From an uncultured Acidobacteriota bacterium (GTDB lineage: Bacteria; Acidobacteriota; Vicinamibacteria; Vicinamibacterales; CAVVIG01), in the NCBI GenBank assembly GCA_963792785.1, contig CAWBXO010000004.1, positions 578,278 to 642,277 on the forward strand: a stretch of 64,000 bases of DNA, given 5' to 3'. A model generated the notes under the pieces. That model saw nothing but the letters and a program-made list of their open reading frames with translations, made no database searches and was not told where the DNA came from. Position 1 is the first letter of the stretch. The number at the start of each line of letters is the position of its first letter. This document shows, one piece after another, positions 18,025-25,499 of the stretch. A program made the position numbers and the translations under genes.

Positions 18025-18738
18025 CTACGGCGCGAGGAGATCGGTGATCCGCCGGCGCTGCCGGCCGTTCGCGTCGAAATTCTCCGGATCGAGCCAGCGC
18101 TCGAACGCGGCCTTGCGCGCGGGCCATTCCGAGTCGATCATCGAGAACCACGCCGAGTCGCGGCTGCGGCCCTTGCGGATCATGTGGTTCCGGAAGATGC
18201 CTTCGAACGTGAATCCGAACCGCTCGGCTGCGCGCCGCGACGGCGCGTTGAGCGAGTCGCACTTCCACTCGTAGCGCCGGTAGCCGAGATTCTCGAAGGC
18301 GTGGCGCGCCATCAGATACATCGCGTCCGTCGCGGCCGTCGTCCGCTGGAGCCGCGGCGAGAAGACAATGGCGCCGACCTCGATGGAGCGATCGCCGGGC
18401 TCCGCACGCAGATAGGCCGCGTGCCCCGCCGCCAGGCCGGTCTCGCGATCGACGATGGCGTAGTAGAACCGGTCCGGCGATGCCGCGCGCGCCGCGAGGT
18501 ACTGGTCGAAGGGCGCGCGATCGAGAAACGGCCCTTCGCCCGCGAGATATGTCCACACCCGCGCATCGTGTGCCCCGCCAACCGCGTCGAACAGCGCGTC
18601 GCCGTGCGCCGCGGGATCGAGCGGCGTGACAATCGCGTACCGGCCCTCGAGCGTCACGCGTCCGGGGAGCCTGGCCGGCGTGGCGTCGACGATCGGGCCG
18701 AGCGGTTGATCGTCCCGCCTGGTCTCCTTCGCGCTCAT
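18025..18738 (-). CDS. GNAT-family N-acetyltransferase (RimJ/RimL-like)
   Basis: 237-aa portion starting at MSAKETRRDD (ATG 18738-18736). The conserved core is MARHAFENLGYRRYEWKCDSLNAPSRRAAERFGFTFEGIFRNH. Confidence 0.8.
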   Translation of the reverse strand: MSAKETRRDDQPLGPIVDATPARLPGRVTLEGRYAIVTPLDPAAHGDALFDAVGGAHDARVWTYLAGEGPFLDRAPFDQYLAARAASPDRFYYAIVDRETGLAAGHAAYLRAEPGDRSIEVGAIVFSPRLQRTTAATDAMYLMARHAFENLGYRRYEWKCDSLNAPSRRAAERFGFTFEGIFRNHMIRKGRSRDSAWFSMIDSEWPARKAAFERWLDPENFDANGRQRRRITDLLAP

Positions 18739-19637
18739 TGCAACGCCCCATCGAGCTCGAGGTAGACGCGCTCGAGCGCGCTCGTCGCGTTGTTCGCCGC
18801 GCGGGTCCAGCCGTCGATGCCGTCGAAGTTGGCGCGGGCGGCCGCCTGCTCGATCGGCACGCCCGCGTCGTGTAGCCGCCGCCCCTGAGCCAGGATCTGC
18901 TCGAGCGCCTGCCGGAACGCCCGCTCCTCCTCGCGAAGCACATCGGGCGCGTCGACGAACCCGTGGGCGGGCACGAAGACGTCCACGTCCATCGCCTCGG
19001 CCTTCTTCAGCGCGGCGATCCATTCGCTCGGGTAGGCGTTCGCCATCGACGGAAACACGTGGTTCGAGAACACTTCGCTCATATAGAGAATCTTCTCGCG
19101 CGGCAGGTACACCTCGAGGTCGCCGCCCGTGTGCGCGCGGCCGAGAAACAGGATCTGGATCTCGCGGCCGCCGAGCGTGAGCGTCCGCCGGTCCGCGACC
19201 GTCTCGGCCTCGATCTTCATCCGCTCGCGCGACGTCGGATGCGCGATGAACGTCACCGGCCCGAAGGCCGCGTTGCCGCCCGTGTGATCCCCGTGCTCGG
19301 ATCCGATGACGACGTACCTGATCGGCTGCGGCGTCAGTTTTGCGATGGCCGCCACGAGAAGGCGCGTGTTGGCCTCCGTGCCCTGGCCGTCGGCGACGAG
19401 GACGCCCTCGTTCGAGACGACGACCAGGTTGTTGACGGTGAGAATCCGTTTCGTCGGGTCGACCTGCTCGAAGCTGTAGACCCCGTCGGCGAGCCGCGTG
19501 ACGCGCGGAAAGTCCGAGGGCGACAAGCCGCGCTCGCGGTAGTCCGCGGTGCGGACGGGCCCCTGCGCGGGCGGCGCGGCCCCGGCCGCCACCCCGACGA
19601 CGGCGAGCGCCACCGTGACGGCGGCACGAATATCCAT
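18735..19637 (-). CDS. Secreted MBL-fold metallo-hydrolase
   Basis: 300-aa portion starting at MDIRAAV (ATG 19637-19635), with GGAGGAG 3 nt upstream. It has a signal peptide and the metal motif VIGSEHGDHTGGN. There is an ATGA overlap with the GNAT gene. Confidence 0.75.
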   Translation of the reverse strand: MDIRAAVTVALAVVGVAAGAAPPAQGPVRTADYRERGLSPSDFPRVTRLADGVYSFEQVDPTKRILTVNNLVVVSNEGVLVADGQGTEANTRLLVAAIAKLTPQPIRYVVIGSEHGDHTGGNAAFGPVTFIAHPTSRERMKIEAETVADRRTLTLGGREIQILFLGRAHTGGDLEVYLPREKILYMSEVFSNHVFPSMANAYPSEWIAALKKAEAMDVDVFVPAHGFVDAPDVLREEERAFRQALEQILAQGRRLHDAGVPIEQAAARANFDGIDGWTRAANNATSALERVYLELDGALQ

Positions 19638-19694
19638 ACTCCTCCGGCGCGGCATTATAGGACGCCGGCCCGGCAGTGATACGATCTCTTCATC

Positions 19695-20609
19695 GTGCCG
19701 AGAGTGCTGCCGCTGACGCCGGCGGGCCCGCCCGCCCCGCCCCGGGAACGCAAGCCCGAGTGGCTGAAAGTGCGCGCGCCCGGCTCGCCCGGCTACCTGC
19801 GGCTGAAGGAACTCATGCGGGGCCTGAACCTCCACACGGTGTGCGAGGAGGCCCAGTGCCCGAATATCGGCGAGTGCTGGCATCACGGCACGGCCACGTT
19901 CATGATTCTCGGCGACGTGTGCACGCGCGCGTGCGCGTACTGCGCCGTCGCCCACGGGCGCCCCGATGCGCTCGATCCCCTCGAGCCGACGCGCGTCGCC
20001 AACGCCATCCACACCCTCGATCTGAACTACGTGGTGATCACGTCCGTCGACCGCGATGATCTGCCCGACGGCGGCGCGTCGGTCTTCGCCGCCACGATCC
20101 GCGAGACCCGCGCCCGGCTGCCCGCATGCCGGATCGAGGTGCTGATTCCCGACTTCCAGGGGGAAGACGCGTCGCTCCGCGCGGTGCTCGACGCCGGGCC
20201 AGACATCCTGAACCACAACACCGAGACCGTGCCGCGGCTGTACAAGATGGCGCGCTCGGGCGGCCGGTACGCGCGCACGCTGGAACTCCTCGATCGGTCG
20301 CGGCGCTACGCGCCAGGCATCCCGACGAAAACCGGCGTGATGGTCGGCCTCGGCGAGGAGAAGGACGAGCTCGTGGCCGTGTTCCGCGACCTGCGCGACG
20401 CCGGCTGCGGCATCCTCACGATCGGCCAGTACCTCCGGCCCTCGCTCGACCACGCGCCGATCGTCCGCTACTATCACCCCGACGAATTCGCCGAGCTGAA
20501 ACGGATCGCGCTCGACCTCGGCTTCGTGCACGTCGAGTCCGGCCCGCTCGTCCGCAGCTCGTATCACGCGCACGAAACCGCCGACGCGTACGCCCGAGCC
20601 GCGCGCTGA
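19695..20609 (+). CDS. lipA: Lipoyl synthase
   Basis: Intact 304-aa ORF. It has both cluster motifs, CEEAQCPNIGECW and CTRACAYCAV. Confidence 0.95.
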   Translation: MPRVLPLTPAGPPAPPRERKPEWLKVRAPGSPGYLRLKELMRGLNLHTVCEEAQCPNIGECWHHGTATFMILGDVCTRACAYCAVAHGRPDALDPLEPTRVANAIHTLDLNYVVITSVDRDDLPDGGASVFAATIRETRARLPACRIEVLIPDFQGEDASLRAVLDAGPDILNHNTETVPRLYKMARSGGRYARTLELLDRSRRYAPGIPTKTGVMVGLGEEKDELVAVFRDLRDAGCGILTIGQYLRPSLDHAPIVRYYHPDEFAELKRIALDLGFVHVESGPLVRSSYHAHETADAYARAAR

Positions 20610-20648
20610 GCGCATCGGGCGCAAGGGAGCCCCTGGGAAGGAAGAATC

Positions 20649-21509
20649 ATGCGCCGATTCGGTGTCCTGCTGATCCTCGCCACGCTCGCCGTTCCCGCCA
20701 TCGCCCGCGCGCAGTCCGACTGGACCGAGCCCTTCCCGCCCTTCAAAATCGCCGGCAACCTCTACTACGTCGGCAGCCGCGGGCTCGCCAACTACCTGAT
20801 CACGACGCCCGAGGGTCACATCCTCATCAACAGTGACCTCGAGGCGAACGTGCCGATGATCAAGGCGAGCGTCGAGCGCCTCGGCTTCAAGTTCACCGAC
20901 ATCAAGATCCTCCTGATCAACCATGCGCACTGGGACCACGACGCCGGGAGCGCGCTCGTCAAGCAGCAGACCGGCGCGACCTACATGGTGATGGACGCCG
21001 ACGTGCCCGTCGTCGAGTCCGGCGGCAAGACGGACTTCCAATACGGCAGCACGCCGGGATCGCTGTACGCGCCGATGACGGTCGACCGCGTCCTGCACGA
21101 CGGCGACACGGTGACGCTCGGCGGCGCGACGCTCGTCGCGCACCTCACGCCGGGCCACACGAAAGGCTGCACCACCTGGACGATGGAGGTCGCCGACGCC
21201 GGGCGGACCTACCACGTCGTGATCGTCGGCAGCCCCAACGTGAACCCCGGGTACAAGCTCGTGAACAACGCCCAGTACCCGCGGATCGCGGAGGACTACG
21301 CGAAGGGATTCCAGGTGCTGAAGGCGCTGCAGGCCGACATCTTCCTGGGCGCGCACGGGAACTACTACGACATGGAGGCGAAGTACGCGCGGATGCAGGC
21401 CGGCGAGCGCGGCGCGTTCATCGACCCGGAGGGCTACCGGGCGTACGTGGCGGCGCGGGAGCAGGACTTCCGCGACGAGCTGGCGAAGCAGGAGGCCGCC
21501 GCGCGCTGA
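20649..21509 (+). CDS. Subclass B3-like metallo-beta-lactamase
   Basis: Intact 286-aa ORF with a signal peptide. Motifs are NHAHWDHD (HxHxDH), TPGHTKGC and the B3-typical N-terminus PFKIAGNLYYVG. Confidence 0.75.
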   Translation: MRRFGVLLILATLAVPAIARAQSDWTEPFPPFKIAGNLYYVGSRGLANYLITTPEGHILINSDLEANVPMIKASVERLGFKFTDIKILLINHAHWDHDAGSALVKQQTGATYMVMDADVPVVESGGKTDFQYGSTPGSLYAPMTVDRVLHDGDTVTLGGATLVAHLTPGHTKGCTTWTMEVADAGRTYHVVIVGSPNVNPGYKLVNNAQYPRIAEDYAKGFQVLKALQADIFLGAHGNYYDMEAKYARMQAGERGAFIDPEGYRAYVAAREQDFRDELAKQEAAAR

Positions 21510-21532
21510 AACCCACATAGCCTGGAGGATCC

Positions 21533-22186
21533 ATGTTCGTTGGACATCTCGCCGTCGCACTCGCCGCCAAACGCCAGGCGCCGAAGCTGTCCCTGGGTTG
21601 GCTGTTCGCCGCGGTCACCCTGCTCGACCTGCTGTGGCCGATCTTCCTGCTCCTGGGCGTCGAGCAGGTCAGCCTCGCGCCGGGCACGCCGTTCACCCCA
21701 CTCGTGTTCACGTCGTATCCCTGGTCGCACAGCCTGTTGATGTCGATCGTCTGGGGCTTCGGCCTGCTCGGTCTGGCGCGCGCCCTCGGCCGGCCGGCCG
21801 GCGCCTGGTACCTCCTGCCGGCGCTCGTGGTCAGCCATTGGGTGCTCGACTTCATCAGCCATGCGCCCGACATGCCCCTCTGGCCGGGCGCGTCGCCCCA
21901 CCTCGGCCTGGGCCTCTGGTACTCGATTCCGGGCACGCTCATCGTCGAGGGCGGGATGTGGGTGGCCGGCCTCGCGATCTACCTGCGCGGCCGGCGGGCG
22001 ACGAGCTGGGTCGGGCCGGCGGCGCTGTGGTCGCTGGTCGCCGTCACCACGCTGCTGTGGGCGGCGAGCCCGTGGACGCCGGCGCCGCCCAGCGTCTCAG
22101 CGCTGGCGTGGTACGGGCTGATCGGCGGGTGGATCACCCTGCCCTGGGCGGCGCTGGCGGACAAGCACTACCAACTGAGGAGCTGA
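21533..22186 (+). CDS. Polytopic membrane protein, possibly a YdjM/DUF457-like membrane-bound metal-dependent hydrolase
   Basis: Intact 217-aa ORF with ~6 hydrophobic segments and conserved His/Asp (SHWVLDFISHAPD). The family assignment is tentative. Confidence 0.45.
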   Translation: MFVGHLAVALAAKRQAPKLSLGWLFAAVTLLDLLWPIFLLLGVEQVSLAPGTPFTPLVFTSYPWSHSLLMSIVWGFGLLGLARALGRPAGAWYLLPALVVSHWVLDFISHAPDMPLWPGASPHLGLGLWYSIPGTLIVEGGMWVAGLAIYLRGRRATSWVGPAALWSLVAVTTLLWAASPWTPAPPSVSALAWYGLIGGWITLPWAALADKHYQLRS

Positions 22187-22207
22187 AGAGCTGGGGAACT
22201 GAGGAAG
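22175..22207. repeat. Octamer array CTGAGGAG CTGAAGAG CTGGGGAA CTGAGGAA
   Basis: Read directly. The second unit contains the TGA stop (22184-22186) of the preceding membrane-protein gene. Confidence 0.9.
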
Positions 22208-22386
22208 TAGTCGCGCGCTACGAAAGGGTATCGGTTGCCATCTGGTCCTACATTTCTGATCGACAGCCGTGAAGCCATCCTGGCGGTGGCGAATCACCGG
22301 ATCGCAGATTCACTCGGGATTTCGGTGGATCTTCAAGGCTTGGGCGGGTGGCCGAACGTGGACCGGTTCTTGCTCCGTGAATCGGT

Positions 22387-22581
22387 ATGGAATTCGAACT
22401 ACTGACCCGGCGGATTCGCAACGAGTTCAACGAGATGCCTGGCCTGCGGCTGACGCTCCAGCAGGCCCAGCGGCTGTGGGGTCTCGAGCGCGACATGTGC
22501 CGCGCCGTGATCGATCGGCTCGTCGAGTCGTCGTTCCTCCGGTGGACCGCGACGGGCACGGTCATCCGGTTAGAGAACTGA
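22387..22581 (+). CDS. Small hypothetical protein (64 aa)
   Basis: The composition looks non-shadow and protein-like (MEFELLTRRIRNEFNEMPGLRLTLQQAQRLWGLERDMCRAVIDRLVESSFLRW). Its stop lies in the first unit of the downstream repeat hairpin. I recognise no family. Confidence 0.45.
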   Translation: MEFELLTRRIRNEFNEMPGLRLTLQQAQRLWGLERDMCRAVIDRLVESSFLRWTATGTVIRLEN

Positions 22582-22639
22582 GGAACTGAGGAGCTGAGGA
22601 AGCGTGGTTCCGCAGCTCCCCAGCTCCTCAGCTCCTCAC
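22578..22639. terminator. Repeat-built hairpin between convergent genes: (CTGAGGAR)x3, loop, (CAGCTCCY)x3
   Basis: Read directly. The arms contain the stops of both flanking genes (TGA 22579-22581 plus strand; TCA 22636-22638 for lpdA). There is no U-tract. The three arm mismatches are A/C on the plus strand, which become G-U pairs in the minus-strand transcript. Confidence 0.6.
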
Positions 22640-24051
22640 TTTCTTCGTGGCTTATACACGTGCGTGGCCTGGCCGAAGAACATCTCGGCCGCCTCACCCA
22701 TGGTCTCCGACAGCGTCGGGTGCGTATGGATTGAAAGGGTCAGGTCCTTCGCGTTCGCGCCCATTTCCACGGCCAGCACGCCTTCCGCGATCAGCTCTCC
22801 CGCCGACACGCCCACGATTCCCACTCCCAGGATCCGCCCCGTCTTCGGCTCGACGATGAGCTTGGTGAGGCCGTCGGCGCGGTCGAGCGTCAGCGCGCGG
22901 CCCGACGCGCCCCAGACGAACTTCACCACCTCGAAGGCCAGCCCCTTCGCCTGAGCCTCCTGCTCGGTCACGCCGCACCAGGCCAGTTCCGGGTCGGTGA
23001 ACACCACGGCGGGAATCGCGCGCGGCTCGAACGCGGCCTTCTCCCCGGCGATCGCCTCGGCCGCCACACGCCCCTCGGCCATGGCCTTGTGCGCGAGCAT
23101 CGGCTCGCCGGCCACGTCGCCGATGGCGAAGATCGTCGGCTCCGCCGTCCGGCGCTGCACGTCGACCTCGATGAAGCCCTTCGCGTTCACGACGACCTTC
23201 GTCCGATCGAGCCCGGGGACGTTCGAGTTCGGGCGCCGCCCGATCGACACGAGCACCGCGTCGAACACCTGCTCGGGCTCCTTCACGTCCGGGCCCTCGA
23301 ACGTCACGCGCACGCCGCCGGCCTCCTCGGCCATCTTCACGACCTTCGTGTTGAGCATCACGGCCTTCGTGATCGTGGCGACGCGCTTCGCCAGGATGTT
23401 CACGAGGTCGCGATCCGCGCCGGGCAGGAGGCCGCCGGTCATCTCCACGACCGACACCTCGCTGCCGAGGGCCGCGTAGACGGTGCCGAGCTCGAGGCCG
23501 ATGTAGCCGCCGCCCACCACGAGGAGGGTCTTCGGGATCCGCTTCAACTCGAGCGCCGAGGTCGAGTCGAGCACGCGCTCGCTCTGGAGCGCGAGCGACG
23601 GGATCACGGTCGGCCGGGACCCGGTCGCGATGATGATGAAATCGGCCGTGACCTCTTCGACGCCGCCGCCCACCTTCTCGACGCGCAGCGTCGTCGGGCC
23701 GGCGATCTCGGCGCGGCCCTGGATGTAGTGGACCTTGCGCATCTTCCCGATTTGGCCGTTCCCGCTCGTCAGCTTCGTGACGATCTCATTCTTCCAGGCG
23801 CGGAGGCGGTCGAGGTCGAGCGTGGGCGCGCCAAAGCCCACGCCCCACGCGGAGGCGTGCTTCGACTCCTCGATGAGCTTGGCGACATGCAGGAGCGCCT
23901 TGGACGGGATGCAGCCGCGGTACGTGCACACGCCGCCCGGGTTCACCTCCGGGTCGATCATCGTGACGGTCTTGCCCAGATCCGCGGCGAGATAGGCCGC
24001 GGCGTATCCGCCGGGCCCCGCGCCGATCACTGCTACTTGTGTCGATGGCAT
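22636..24051 (-). CDS. lpdA: Dihydrolipoyl dehydrogenase (E3)
   Basis: Intact 471-aa ORF with GAGPGGY FAD motif, redox-active GGVCTYRGCIPSK and the C-terminal interface HTHPTLSE. Confidence 0.95.
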   Translation of the reverse strand: MPSTQVAVIGAGPGGYAAAYLAADLGKTVTMIDPEVNPGGVCTYRGCIPSKALLHVAKLIEESKHASAWGVGFGAPTLDLDRLRAWKNEIVTKLTSGNGQIGKMRKVHYIQGRAEIAGPTTLRVEKVGGGVEEVTADFIIIATGSRPTVIPSLALQSERVLDSTSALELKRIPKTLLVVGGGYIGLELGTVYAALGSEVSVVEMTGGLLPGADRDLVNILAKRVATITKAVMLNTKVVKMAEEAGGVRVTFEGPDVKEPEQVFDAVLVSIGRRPNSNVPGLDRTKVVVNAKGFIEVDVQRRTAEPTIFAIGDVAGEPMLAHKAMAEGRVAAEAIAGEKAAFEPRAIPAVVFTDPELAWCGVTEQEAQAKGLAFEVVKFVWGASGRALTLDRADGLTKLIVEPKTGRILGVGIVGVSAGELIAEGVLAVEMGANAKDLTLSIHTHPTLSETMGEAAEMFFGQATHVYKPRRK

Positions 24052-24073
24052 GCGTGTCTCAAGACAAATGCGG

Positions 24074-24129
24074 CCACGAAGGCACGAAGGCCCGAAGAAG
24101 AATCCTTCGTGACCTTCGTGCCTTCGTGG
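24074..24129. repeat. Hairpin with a 17-bp perfect stem made of CACGAAGG octamers (CCACGAAGGCACGAAGG ... CCTTCGTGCCTTCGTGG)
   Basis: Read directly. It lies in the 91-nt aceF-lpdA gap. Confidence 0.85.
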
Positions 24130-24142
24130 TTGCGTTGTTAAA

Positions 24143-25486
24143 TCACCCTTGGAGCGCCAGCAGGAACGGCTGCTCGAAAGCGTCGGTGACCCAGCGCAGG
24201 AAGCGGATCGCGTCGGCGCCGTCGATCACCCGGTGGTCGTAAGAGAGCGACAGCGGCAGCATCTGGCGCGGCACGAACTGGCCGTCCTGCCAGACCGGCG
24301 CCATCCGGCCGCGCGAGATCCCGAGGATCGCGACCTCCGGGGCGTTCACGATCGGCGTGAAATAGGTGCCGCCGATGCCGCCGAGGTTCGAAATGCTGAT
24401 GCAGCCGCCCTGCATGTCCTCCAGGGCGATCTTGCGGGACCGCGCCTTCTCGGAGAGCTGGTGGAGATCGACCGCGATCTCCTTGATGTTCTTCCGGTCG
24501 GCGTCCCGGATCACCGGCACGAGCAGGCCGCGATCGGTGTCGACGGCCACGCCCACGTTCACGTACTTCTTGTAGATGATCCGGTCTCCGGCCACGTCGA
24601 TCGACGTATTGAACTGCGGAAACTGCTTGAGCGCCGCCGCGACGATCTTCACGGCCACCGCCGTTACCGTGAGCTGCCCGCCCGCCGCCTCGACGTCCTT
24701 CGCGTAGCGCTTGCGGATCGCCTCGAGGTTCGTGATGTCGGCCAGCTCGTGCTGCGTGACGTGCGGGATCGTGGCCCAGGCGTAGGCCAGGTGCTCGGCG
24801 GTCTTCCGCCGCACCGCGCGCATCGGCTGCGGATCGATCTCGCCCCACTTGCTGAAATCAGGCAGCGGCTCGACGGGAATGCCGGCCGGAGCCGGCGCCC
24901 CGCCGGTCCGCGGCGCGCCCGACGTAATGAGGGACTTGGCGTACGCAATCACGTCGTCGACCGCGATCCGGCCGTCGGCCCCGCTGCCGGGCACGTCGTG
25001 GATGTCCAGGCCCAGCTCGCGCGCCATCCGGCGCACGGACGGCGCGGCCGGCGCGGGCGGCTGATCCGGGGCGGCGGCCGGCTCGGCGTGCGGCCGCATC
25101 GCGCGGCTGATGGCCACGACCTTCTCGGGCACGGCGGCCGGACGCGGCCGCTCGACCGGCACGGGCGCCGCGCGCACCGGCTCAGGCTCGGCGACGGCCG
25201 GCGCCGGTTCGGGCGCGGCGGCGGCCGCGGGGACGGCAGCCGGCTGCGCGCCGCTGCCGGACACCGACAGAATCACCTGGCCGACCTTGACCTTGTCGCC
25301 TGCCTTCACGTTGACGGCCGTCACCTGCCCCGCCACCGACGAGGGCACCTCGATCGTGGCCTTGTCGGTCTCGAGCTCGACGACCGGCTGCTCGCGGGCG
25401 ATCGTGTCGCCCACGGCCACCAGCACACGCAGCACATCGCCGGACGCGATGTTCTCGCCCAGCTCGGGAAGCTTGAAATCACTCAC
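24143..25486 (-). CDS. aceF: Dihydrolipoamide acetyltransferase (E2 of pyruvate dehydrogenase)
   Basis: GTG start at 25486-25484 gives MSDFKLPELGE. It has one lipoyl domain (VELETDKATIEVPS), a Pro/Ala linker, a PSBD (PSVRRMARELGLDI) and a catalytic domain (LSLSYDHRVIDGA). Confidence 0.9.
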   Translation of the reverse strand: MSDFKLPELGENIASGDVLRVLVAVGDTIAREQPVVELETDKATIEVPSSVAGQVTAVNVKAGDKVKVGQVILSVSGSGAQPAAVPAAAAAPEPAPAVAEPEPVRAAPVPVERPRPAAVPEKVVAISRAMRPHAEPAAAPDQPPAPAAPSVRRMARELGLDIHDVPGSGADGRIAVDDVIAYAKSLITSGAPRTGGAPAPAGIPVEPLPDFSKWGEIDPQPMRAVRRKTAEHLAYAWATIPHVTQHELADITNLEAIRKRYAKDVEAAGGQLTVTAVAVKIVAAALKQFPQFNTSIDVAGDRIIYKKYVNVGVAVDTDRGLLVPVIRDADRKNIKEIAVDLHQLSEKARSRKIALEDMQGGCISISNLGGIGGTYFTPIVNAPEVAILGISRGRMAPVWQDGQFVPRQMLPLSLSYDHRVIDGADAIRFLRWVTDAFEQPFLLALQG

Positions 25487-25499
25487 GTCGAAAACCCTT

